Shown here piece after piece: positions 31,190-38,956 of a DNA stretch of 64,000 nt. The position numbers and the translations under genes were made by a program. The notes beneath the pieces are model-generated. The model saw only the letters and a list, made by a program, of their open reading frames with translations, did no database searches and was not told where the DNA came from. Each line of letters begins with the position of its first letter. The first letter of the stretch is position 1. The DNA lies in contig OZ253442.1 of the NCBI GenBank assembly GCA_965261085.1, forward strand, positions 544,001 through 608,000, read 5' to 3'. Source of the stretch: a bacterium (GTDB lineage: Bacteria > UBA8248).

Positions 31190-32054
31190 CCTACGGCGCG
31201 GGGTCTGGGCGCAGTTCCGCACCCACCGGGGAGCGATGATAGGGGCGGGGATCCTGCTCATCGCAGCGCTCGCCGTGGTGTTCGGCCCGCATCTGTGGAG
31301 CATCGACCCGCACCTCATCGACATACCCGCGCGCAATCAGGGCCCCGGCCTCGCCCATCCGCTCGGCGCCGACCGCCTGGGCCGCGACACCCTGGCCCGC
31401 ATGCTCGCGGGCGGGCAGGTCTCGCTCGCGGTGGCGGGCGCCGCCATGGGCCTGGCCCTTTCCCTGGGCGCGGTCATCGGCGTGGCGTCCGGCTACTTCA
31501 GGCGGCTGGACGGCCCGCTCATGCGGCTGACGGATCTCTTCTTAGCACTTCCGCTCCTGCCCCTTCTGCTCGTGATCATCGCGCTGTTCCGCGACGCCCT
31601 GCGCTCCGCCTTCGGCCCTGAGACCGGCATCTTCATCCTCATCGCCTCGGTCATCGGCGCGACCTCCTGGATGAAGACCGCCCGCATCGTGCGCGGAGAG
31701 GTGCTCACTCTCAAAGAGCGCGAATTCGTCCTCGCCTCGGGCGCGGTGGGAGCGCCCACGAAGCGCATCATCTTCCGCCACATCCTGCCGGGCGTCGTCT
31801 CGCCCATCATGATCTCCGCCGCCCTCGGGGTGGGCGACGCCATCATCACAGAATCCGCGCTCTCGTTCCTGGGTCTGGGCTTTCCGCCGGATTTCCCCAC
31901 CTGGGGAAGGCTGCTTTACGATTCGACCGATTACCTCCAGCAATACCCGGAGCGCGTGCTGTGGCCCGGCCTCGCGATTTCGCTCACCGTGCTGAGCATC
32001 AACTACGTGGGTGACGGGCTGCGCGATGCGATCGACCCCCGGGCGCGGGGATGA
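31182..32054 (+). CDS. Peptide ABC transporter permease (OppC-like)
   Basis: HPLGAD.LGRD, ARIVRGE..LKEREFV, ESALSFLGLG, GDGLRDAIDP. Confidence 0.92.
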   Translation: MTSLRRGVWAQFRTHRGAMIGAGILLIAALAVVFGPHLWSIDPHLIDIPARNQGPGLAHPLGADRLGRDTLARMLAGGQVSLAVAGAAMGLALSLGAVIGVASGYFRRLDGPLMRLTDLFLALPLLPLLLVIIALFRDALRSAFGPETGIFILIASVIGATSWMKTARIVRGEVLTLKEREFVLASGAVGAPTKRIIFRHILPGVVSPIMISAALGVGDAIITESALSFLGLGFPPDFPTWGRLLYDSTDYLQQYPERVLWPGLAISLTVLSINYVGDGLRDAIDPRARG

Positions 32055-32211
32055 ACGCCGGCGTCAATGCCCCCGAGCGAGCCGAAATGCGCTTTCATCC
32101 TTGCGCCGGAGTGTGACCTCTGGCACGATTCGATTTCGGCGGAACACACAAAAACATGACAACGCGCCACACGGGAGACTCTCCCCGGCGCCTCAACACA
32201 GGAACACCGAC

Positions 32212-32664
32212 ATGGCCGAAACCCAAAACGTCACCTTCATCTGCCCTGCGTGCGGAAAAACCGAACTGCCCTTAGACGGATCGGATGAGCCGAATGAAAT
32301 CCTCTACATCCAGCTCGCGGAAACCGACACTTGCGATGAGGCGCAGACCGCGCACTTCGTATACGGCGACTCGTATACCAGGGGCTTCGGCGGCGTAGTG
32401 CGCGACGTAGACGCGGAAGGCGAGGAGCGCGTGCGGTGGGTTCCCCCCAGGGCGGTGGTGGCGTATCACTTCGCGAGAAACGAAGTACGGATCGGCCACG
32501 CGGAGCCCATGAACGACTTCTATCCCCAGCCGCTCTACCGCAATCTCTCGAAGGGAGACGGGGTGGAGAACATATACGTCGCCATGGCGTTTTTGCCGCA
32601 TAACGAGTCCATGACGCCCGAGATGCGCGCGCAGGGGGAGGCCCTCGCCAAGTCCCTGGGCTAG
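32212..32664 (+). CDS. Hypothetical protein with N-terminal CPxCG knuckle
   Basis: ATG 32212 with CAGGA RBS; FICPACGK; codon usage like the host. Confidence 0.6.
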   Translation: MAETQNVTFICPACGKTELPLDGSDEPNEILYIQLAETDTCDEAQTAHFVYGDSYTRGFGGVVRDVDAEGEERVRWVPPRAVVAYHFARNEVRIGHAEPMNDFYPQPLYRNLSKGDGVENIYVAMAFLPHNESMTPEMRAQGEALAKSLG

Positions 32665-32671
32665 GAGGCGC

Positions 32672-32923
32672 CTAATCCCCTCCCAGCAGGCGGTTGTATA
32701 TCCACGCCATGAGCGTGAAGAAGAAAAAGCCTATCGCGAACCCCCAGGCCGCTCCGATGATCGCGCCCGGGTAGGTGGGGGAAACGCCCGGATAGAAATC
32801 GCCTATCATCTTCAGCATCTCCCCGCCCACGCCGAACAGCGCGCCTAAAAGGGCGTAGAGGAAAAACATGGCCCCGTAGATAATTCCGGCGGCCAGGCCG
32901 AATTTCACAGCGTCGAGTTTCAC
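32672..32923 (-). CDS. Small two-TM membrane protein (resembles families annotated as holin-like)
   Basis: KLDAVKFGLAAGII...YPGVSPTYPGAIIGAAWGF...WIYNRL; GTG start with GGGAG RBS. Confidence 0.6.
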   Translation of the reverse strand: MKLDAVKFGLAAGIIYGAMFFLYALLGALFGVGGEMLKMIGDFYPGVSPTYPGAIIGAAWGFAIGFFFFTLMAWIYNRLLGGD

Positions 32924-33085
32924 GTCGAATCTCCCTGGTGGCATGGAAAAACGCTTCTACATACGCTATTCAATATAAGCCTCAGGAAACATTCCGGCAA
33001 AACCACCCGCGAGCCCCCGGAGGGGGCCGCGCGCATTCATCCCGGATGGGCCGTTACGCCCGTCCCAAAACAGGAGGTCGATCTG

Positions 33086-33463
33086 ATGAGCGAAGAAACA
33101 CGTCTCGAGAGAGGACTGAGAACCCGCGCGAGAATCTTCGGCGAAGAAGGCGAGGAGAGGCGCCAGGCTTTCGCGGAGGCGAGTCCCGCGTTCGCGCAGT
33201 TCGTCACCGAAGCCGTGTACGGCGATCTCTACGCGCGAGACGGCATCGACGACAAGATGCGCGAAACCGTGATCCTCTCCGTCCTTTGCGCCATGGGCCG
33301 GGACAGGGAGTTCGGGTACCACGCCAAGGCGGCGCTTCGCATCGGCATGACGAAACAAGACATTCAGGAGATCATCATGGTGTGCGCGATCTACGCGGGC
33401 GCTCCCAATGCCGTGGGCGCGACGGATGAGTCGCTGCGCGTGTTCAAGGAAATGGGAATCTAG
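33086..33463 (+). CDS. Carboxymuconolactone decarboxylase family protein
   Basis: ERGLRTR, YGDLYARDG.D.K.RE, HAKAALRIG, IYAGAP; AGGAGG RBS. Confidence 0.85.
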   Translation: MSEETRLERGLRTRARIFGEEGEERRQAFAEASPAFAQFVTEAVYGDLYARDGIDDKMRETVILSVLCAMGRDREFGYHAKAALRIGMTKQDIQEIIMVCAIYAGAPNAVGATDESLRVFKEMGI

Positions 33464-33466
33464 GCG

Positions 33467-34501
33467 TTATTCATCGGGTCCCAGGACGGTTCTGATTTTT
33501 TTTGCGAGTTCAGTGGTGATGAGACGCGCCGCCTCATCGAGCGGGGGCCTCATGCGCGCGCCTGAAGCGAAGGCATGGCCGCCGCCGCCGAACATGCGGG
33601 CGACGTCGTGAATCTCCACCCGGCCCTTCGAGCGCAGGCTCACGCGGATACGCCCGTTTTCGAGTTCTGAGAAATAGGCGATGACCTCGACGGACTCTAT
33701 CGAGCGGGGAACCGAAATGTATTCCTCCGTCTCGGAGCGCGAGACCCCGAAGCGCTCGAGTTCCATCGTCCTCAGGGTGAACCAGGCGAGGCGTCCACCG
33801 CAGTCGAGCGTCATGCGGCTCATCAACTCGCCGAGCAGCTTTATCGAGCCCGCGCCGTTCGATTCCCAGAAGATCGAGTATGCCTCCCCGGGGCTCGCGC
33901 CGAGTTCGACCAGGCGCGCCGCCCAGTTCAGGGTGCGCTTGGACGTGTTCGTGAAGCGGAACTGGCCTGTGTCGTAAACGAGGCACGCCATCAGCGCGCG
34001 GGTGATGAGCGGGTCGTCGAACGGGTAGCCTTCTTCGTCCAGATAATCCGCTATCATCTCGCCCACCGCTGCGGCCTCGGGGTCGATGACGGAGGGGCAA
34101 TCGATGTTGTCTTCTTCTCTGATGTGGTGATCGACGACGGCCAGGGGAAGGCCGCTGGCCATAAGCGGCTCCTCGAGCCTGCCCAGGCGGCTCGCCTTTC
34201 CCGTGTCGAGGATGAGGCACGCATCGAAGCGCTCAGCCCAGTCCTCTTGCGCGAGGAGATCCCCTCTCGAGCGCACCAGACCCTCCGGATCGAAGGACGC
34301 GACGAAGACGGGCGCCTTGTCCTCGGTGACGACGGTGGCGTGCTTGCCGATCTCGCGGAGGTAGCGGCTGAGCGCAAGGCACGCGAGAAGGCCGTCGCCG
34401 TCGGGCCCGATGTGGGTGAGAAGCAAGAAGCGATTGTGTTGCGCGAGGAAATCTCTTAAGGGCTGTAAGCGGCTTGGGCTTGGCGTTTGCTCCGTACTCA
34501 T
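33467..34501 (-). CDS. nrnA: DHH-family oligoribonuclease/PAP phosphatase
   Basis: HIGPDGD, ILDT, VDHH, DTGQF, SLRS, GGGGH. Confidence 0.88.
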   Translation of the reverse strand: MSTEQTPSPSRLQPLRDFLAQHNRFLLLTHIGPDGDGLLACLALSRYLREIGKHATVVTEDKAPVFVASFDPEGLVRSRGDLLAQEDWAERFDACLILDTGKASRLGRLEEPLMASGLPLAVVDHHIREEDNIDCPSVIDPEAAAVGEMIADYLDEEGYPFDDPLITRALMACLVYDTGQFRFTNTSKRTLNWAARLVELGASPGEAYSIFWESNGAGSIKLLGELMSRMTLDCGGRLAWFTLRTMELERFGVSRSETEEYISVPRSIESVEVIAYFSELENGRIRVSLRSKGRVEIHDVARMFGGGGHAFASGARMRPPLDEAARLITTELAKKIRTVLGPDE

Positions 34502-34514
34502 GCTCTCTTTGTAC

Positions 34515-35687
34515 TCATGAGGATGATTCCAGGCTCACGCGATGAATCTGTCGTAAAACGTAGCTTCTGATCTCCTTCGCCGAAGGAGCGGAGTCCGCGC
34601 GTTCGCCGCCTTTCATCACGCCGGCGAGCAACTGTTCCACCACGCCGCCGCACGACGCGCAATCCCCATAAGGCTTGTCTATCGGAATGACGCGCTCCGC
34701 CCCGCAATCGCGGCAGCGCAGCAGGTGTTTCGCTCCCGGGTGCTTGCCGCGCTTGGCGACCGCCTCGCCGTCCACCTCGACGATGTCCATCGAAAAATCG
34801 ATCGTGGCGGCGGCGCTGACCGACGTGCCCACGCCGTAGCCGCCGTCCACCACGGGGTTTAAATCCAGGATTTTCTGCTCATCCAGACCCCCGCTCACGA
34901 AGAGCTTCACGTGCGGGAAGCCCGCGCGGTCGAGCTCCCAGCGGATTTCCTCCAGGATCTGGTAGAGATTTCCCCGCCTTGAGGCCGGTGTATCCACCCG
35001 CACGGCCGAGAGCCTATCGGTCAGCGCGCGCGCCGCCTCCAGGGTTTCAAACCTCTCATCCCCGAACGTGTCCACCAGCGCGACGCGGCCCACCTCCGGC
35101 TCGATGACCTCATCGAACGCCTTGGCCGCAGGGACGAGGCCGCCCATGAGGATCACCAGCGCGTGGGGCATCGTGCCCACCGCCGGAATCTCCAGAAGCT
35201 CGGCTCCTTTCACGAGAGCGACGCCGTCGCAGCCGCCGACGTAGGCCGCGCGCTCGACCATCGGCGCGATGGCGGGGTGCATCCTCCGCGCGCCGAAGCT
35301 CACGAGCTGCCTGCCCTCCGCCGCGATGCGGCATCTGGCCGCCTTGGTGGCGATTCCGCTCGCCTGGCACATCAGCCCCAGGATGGGGGTCTCCAGCCTG
35401 CAAAAATCGTTGTAGGTTCCCGTAATTTCCAGAACGGGTTGGAAAGGAGTGAAAACCGTCCCCTCGGGCACGGCGCGAACGCTTACGGGGAATCCTTCCA
35501 GGAGGCGCAGAATTTCCTCCAGGCCCGTGAACACGCCCCAGCCGCTCGGGAGGGATTTGGCTGCGAATTCCGCGCGCACGTTTTTTCTGATGCCTTTGGC
35601 TTCGAGAATCTGGAGGGTCCGCTCGAAATAGACGTCCGTCACCTTGCCGGAGCGGATGTCGTCGAAATCGGCCGTGAAAAGACTCAA
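34515..35687 (-). CDS. pncB: Nicotinate phosphoribosyltransferase (archaeal-like subtype)
   Basis: TDVYFERT, SFGARRMHP, GTMPHA, VDTF, VRVDTP, VSGGLDE, GVGT. Confidence 0.88.
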   Translation of the reverse strand: MSLFTADFDDIRSGKVTDVYFERTLQILEAKGIRKNVRAEFAAKSLPSGWGVFTGLEEILRLLEGFPVSVRAVPEGTVFTPFQPVLEITGTYNDFCRLETPILGLMCQASGIATKAARCRIAAEGRQLVSFGARRMHPAIAPMVERAAYVGGCDGVALVKGAELLEIPAVGTMPHALVILMGGLVPAAKAFDEVIEPEVGRVALVDTFGDERFETLEAARALTDRLSAVRVDTPASRRGNLYQILEEIRWELDRAGFPHVKLFVSGGLDEQKILDLNPVVDGGYGVGTSVSAAATIDFSMDIVEVDGEAVAKRGKHPGAKHLLRCRDCGAERVIPIDKPYGDCASCGGVVEQLLAGVMKGGERADSAPSAKEIRSYVLRQIHRVSLESSS

Positions 35688-35712
35688 AAGAGGATTCCGC
35701 CAGGGAGACCCG

Positions 35713-36261
35713 CTATTCGGCGGGCGCCGTCTCGGCGGGGGTTTCGGGCCGTGTGTCCGCTTCCTGGTTCCTGAGGCCGAACAGCTTGCCCCAGGGCCTG
35801 GGGCCGGTGTAGTTCACCTCTTTTTCCCAGACGTCGTAGAGGCGCTCTTTCTCATAGACGAGATCTTCGCGGAAATATCCGGTCGTCTCGTACTGGTGGG
35901 TGTGGACGATGGATTTGGGCGTCGTTGGGCACGCCTCCACGCAAAGCCCGCAATACATGCACCGCATGTAGTCGATGTAGAACTCCTTGGCGTACATCTC
36001 GCGGCCCTTGCCCTCCGTGACGATGGTGATGCAGTCCACCGGACAGGCCTTCTCGCAGTTCAGACAGCCGATGCAAAGCTCCTCGCCCGTCTTGAAATCG
36101 CGCGTCAAGCCCAGAAAGCCCCTATAACGCTCGGGCGGCTCCCAGCGTTCCGTCGGGTATTGAAGCGTGACGGGTTTTTTGAACATGTGCCGCAGCGTGG
36201 CGGACATGCCCTTCACGATATCCCAGAGAAACAACTTCTGAAGCCCCCTGCTGAACTCCAT
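35713..36261 (-). CDS. nuoI: NuoI-like 2[4Fe-4S] protein outside a nuo operon
   Basis: VTLQYP, RYRG, CIGCLNCEKACP and CMYCGLCVEACP. Confidence 0.8.
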   Translation of the reverse strand: MEFSRGLQKLFLWDIVKGMSATLRHMFKKPVTLQYPTERWEPPERYRGFLGLTRDFKTGEELCIGCLNCEKACPVDCITIVTEGKGREMYAKEFYIDYMRCMYCGLCVEACPTTPKSIVHTHQYETTGYFREDLVYEKERLYDVWEKEVNYTGPRPWGKLFGLRNQEADTRPETPAETAPAE

Positions 36262-36283
36262 TTCCCTCTCCTCGCCTTAAACT

Positions 36284-37240
36284 CTAGGAAGCCGCCGCAG
36301 CGGCCTTCTTGGCTTCTACCTGGGCTTCGAGATATTTCTCGGCCGCCACCGCCGCCGTCGTCGCATCGCCCGATGCGTTGGTGATCTGGCGAATCAACTG
36401 GCTCCTGCAATCACCGGCCACGAACAGGCCCGGAACGTTCGTCTCCATGTTCTGGTCCGTGAGGATGAAACCGACATCGTCTTTTTCTACGTGATCTTTT
36501 ATCAAATCCGTGTTCGGAATAAAACCGATGAAGACGAACAGGCCCGTGGCGTCGAGTTCTTTCGTCTCGCCTGTCTTCACGTTCTTGATGCGCAGCTTCT
36601 TCATCTCCCGGTCGTCACCCACGACTTCTTCGGCCACGTAATCGGTGATGATCTCCATTTTCGGATTATCGCGAATCTTGTCCACCAGGACCGCTTGGGC
36701 GCGGAACTGATCGCGGCGGTGGATGATGTAGACCTTCGTACCGTACTTCGTGAGGAACTGGCCTTCTTCCACGGCGCTGTTCCCGCCGCCCACGACGGTG
36801 ATGACCTCATCCTGAAAAAACGCGCCGTCGCACAGCGCGCAGTAGCTCACGCCTTTCCCTGCGTATTTCTCCTCGCCCGGAATGCCGAGCTTTCTCGGAT
36901 AGCCGCCGGGCGTATAGATCACCGCGCCACAGCGGCGCTCGCCCATGTCGGTGACGACGATGAAATCATCCCCGTCTTTTCTCACTTCCGAGACGTCTTC
37001 CATCTCGATCTTGAGGCCGAATTTCATGGCGTGATCGGTGAACTTGGCCGCCAACTCCTGGCCGCCGACCAGTTCGAAGCCCGGGTAGTCTTCCACGTGC
37101 TCGGTGTTCAGAATCTCACCGCCGGGCGCGAGTCTTTCATAGCAAACCACGTTCAGCTTCGAACGCGCCGTATAAAGGCCCGCCGTCAGCCCGGCCGGTC
37201 CCGCCCCGATGATGATGATTTCGAAATCCCGCTCAGCCAC
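36284..37240 (-). CDS. trxB: Thioredoxin-disulfide reductase
   Basis: IGAGPAGL, GVSYCALCDG, VGGGNSAVEE, HRRDQFRA, AGD. Confidence 0.95.
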   Translation of the reverse strand: MAERDFEIIIIGAGPAGLTAGLYTARSKLNVVCYERLAPGGEILNTEHVEDYPGFELVGGQELAAKFTDHAMKFGLKIEMEDVSEVRKDGDDFIVVTDMGERRCGAVIYTPGGYPRKLGIPGEEKYAGKGVSYCALCDGAFFQDEVITVVGGGNSAVEEGQFLTKYGTKVYIIHRRDQFRAQAVLVDKIRDNPKMEIITDYVAEEVVGDDREMKKLRIKNVKTGETKELDATGLFVFIGFIPNTDLIKDHVEKDDVGFILTDQNMETNVPGLFVAGDCRSQLIRQITNASGDATTAAVAAEKYLEAQVEAKKAAAAAS

Positions 37241-37294
37241 AACGAATCTCCAGAACTAAAGAAAAGGAATTATATACAAAGTTGCTCCAAATGA

Positions 37295-37801
37295 CTATCC
37301 GATCACGCCGGCGTACGCCTCATTTATGGTCATTCTGTTTTGAAGAAGCGGTAGAAGCAAATTCCTGAGTCTCCGCGCATATTTTTCTCCTCTCTCAGGC
37401 TCGGCTATATATATGCTGGCATGCCCGGGATTCTCATTCAGTGCGGTATCGATAACGACAAATGCCTTTTTGCCATCATCCGTACAAAGTAGACGCACCG
37501 ATAAGGTTTGTAATTTCGCCACACCCTCGTCCTTCCAAGGTTCGTCTTTTCTAGGGCGAGACAACCTATTTTCCACTGACTCCTTTACGGTATCCGCTGA
37601 AACGTACTTCATCCGATGAACGGAAAATCCTTTATTCCAAAGGTCCTTGGCTGGTATACCCGTCTCAAACACTTCCCCATCCTGGACATGCTGAGGGTTG
37701 AACATTTCTCGAAGAAGAAATTCCTCGTCCTCGACAATCCCGGGAGAAATGCCCGGCGTGGCGCTCTTTTCCTCGTCAAGATGGGGAGAAGGAGCTTGCA
37801 A
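37295..37801 (-). CDS. Hypothetical protein, AT-richer (possible ART/RES-like fold)
   Basis: 168-aa ORF with FLLR...GFSVHR...NPGHASI spacing. Confidence 0.6.
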   Translation of the reverse strand: MQAPSPHLDEEKSATPGISPGIVEDEEFLLREMFNPQHVQDGEVFETGIPAKDLWNKGFSVHRMKYVSADTVKESVENRLSRPRKDEPWKDEGVAKLQTLSVRLLCTDDGKKAFVVIDTALNENPGHASIYIAEPERGEKYARRLRNLLLPLLQNRMTINEAYAGVIG

Positions 37802-37808
37802 GACTGTT

Positions 37809-38204
37809 TCAGGCCGTGAACAGTTCTACGATTTCGGAGGGCAACCCCTCGGATGCCAGAATATCTTCACCGTCGATTGGGCGTCCATCTTTGCCGTGCG
37901 CAAAGTAAGTATAATTACGCGTTCCATAGAACCCGAGATCAACGTGAACGCCATCTTTTTTCCACAAAAAATTGACTTCCCCGTCATCAGCCAGCCCTAT
38001 ATAGGGCACGGGAATCGAGTCCAGCGGCAACTTGCGAATGAAATTTTTAGCATCTCTAAACGCCTGAGCAGTAGGCCACGTTGCATCAGGCCAACGCTCC
38101 TCCTTGGGAGTTTTTTTGAGCCTCTCCAATTGCGCGAGCAAGCCCCGATTCAATTTACCGATCCGATCCGGGCGGACAGCGGTATGTGGTTGAGAAGCCA
38201 TCAC
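37809..38204 (-). CDS. Hypothetical protein, AT-richer
   Basis: 131-aa ORF, P.P.IG...DGEVNFLW pattern; 7 bp from the next gene. Confidence 0.6.
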   Translation of the reverse strand: MMASQPHTAVRPDRIGKLNRGLLAQLERLKKTPKEERWPDATWPTAQAFRDAKNFIRKLPLDSIPVPYIGLADDGEVNFLWKKDGVHVDLGFYGTRNYTYFAHGKDGRPIDGEDILASEGLPSEIVELFTA

Positions 38205-38338
38205 GTACTCCCATGCGCTTCATCGCCATAGATGCGCTCTCCAAGAGAGCAATTGCACTCTATCAACAATCCACCGCGAAGAAAACAGTCCCCGGCATTG
38301 CTTATCGTCCACTCGTTTCCCCGAACTCAACCCGCCCC

Positions 38339-38638
38339 CTACTCGGTGGGTTCCAGGACAAACGCGCCGAATTCTTTCTCCAAGCGCAGTTTTTTTCCGT
38401 CGTGCTCGAAGACAGAGCCTGGCGGGGTATCCTCATCCACCGGAACGTACTCCCCGCAAAGGGGACACGAAACCATCTGCACGATGGTGAGAACCTCCGC
38501 CCCTTCCGCCCGGCCCAGGCGGAACCTGACCCCCGCTCAGTTGCCGCAATCGATCAGGTCGCGCATTTTCGCATCCCACGGGATGGGTATGCGCTGCCCA
38601 CAGCCGGGACAGGCGAGAGTTCTGCGGTTTTCGCTCAC
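38339..38638 (-). CDS. Putative selenoprotein: tandem LysW-like zinc-ribbon protein with CxxU (99 aa)
   Basis: GTG start overlaps the upstream stop (GTGA). Translation MSENRRTLACPGCGQRIPIPWDAKMRDLIDCGN-TGA-AGVRFRL...VSCPLCGEYVPV...FEHDGKKLRLEKEFGAFVLEPTE*. TGA at 38539-38537 completes CxxC; hairpin follows. Confidence 0.75.
38504..38524 (-). promoter_or_regulatory. Putative bacterial SECIS hairpin (zinc-ribbon gene)
   Basis: UUCCGCCUG-GGC-CGGGCGGAA, 9-bp stem starting 12 nt after the in-frame UGA, G-leading apical loop. Confidence 0.65.
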
Positions 38639-38877
38639 GCGGCGAGCCCCAGCAGCGCCTCAAGCTTCGCCCTATCGAAGCCCACCACCTTCTCCTCGCC
38701 GATGAAAATCACGGGCGTCGCCCGCATGCTCGCCCTCTGGAACAACTCCTCCAGGGCTTCTTCGTCCTGATCCACGAGTTTTTCCGTATACGCCACGCCA
38801 TGATGGGAAAGAAACTCTTTCACCGCCTTACACGGCGCTCAGAACGTGGAGGAATAAACCGTCACCTCTTTCGACAT
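38635..38877 (-). CDS. Putative selenocysteine-containing glutaredoxin/NrdH-like protein (UxxC, 80 aa)
   Basis: AAGGGAG RBS, ATG 38877: MSKEVTVYSSTF-TGA-APCKAVKEFLSHHGV...RATPVIFIGEEKVVGFD. TGA (38841-38839) sits at the first Cys of the redox motif; cis-Pro TP and GFD motifs present. Confidence 0.88.
38795..38838 (-). promoter_or_regulatory. Putative bacterial SECIS hairpin (glutaredoxin gene)
   Basis: Lower stem GCGCCGUG/CAUGGCGU, upper stem GAAAG/CUUUC, apical loop AGUUU beginning 22 nt after the UGA. Confidence 0.6.
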
Positions 38878-38956
38878 CGGATATCTCCCTTGAAACCGGC
38901 ATGAGCCGCCCCGGCGGCAGGGGCGTCGCTCATTTTATCTCAAATGCAACTCTACG

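Noticed and set aside
32672-32923. Prophage suggested by the holin-like gene
   Set aside because: No integrase, endolysin, terminase or structural genes nearby.
38339-38877. Genome-wide UGA reassignment (code 4/25) as the explanation for the in-frame TGAs
   Set aside because: Many conserved genes here end at TGA at their expected C-termini (e.g. E1 subunits, engB) and Trp is encoded by TGG. The two TGAs fall specifically at Cys positions.
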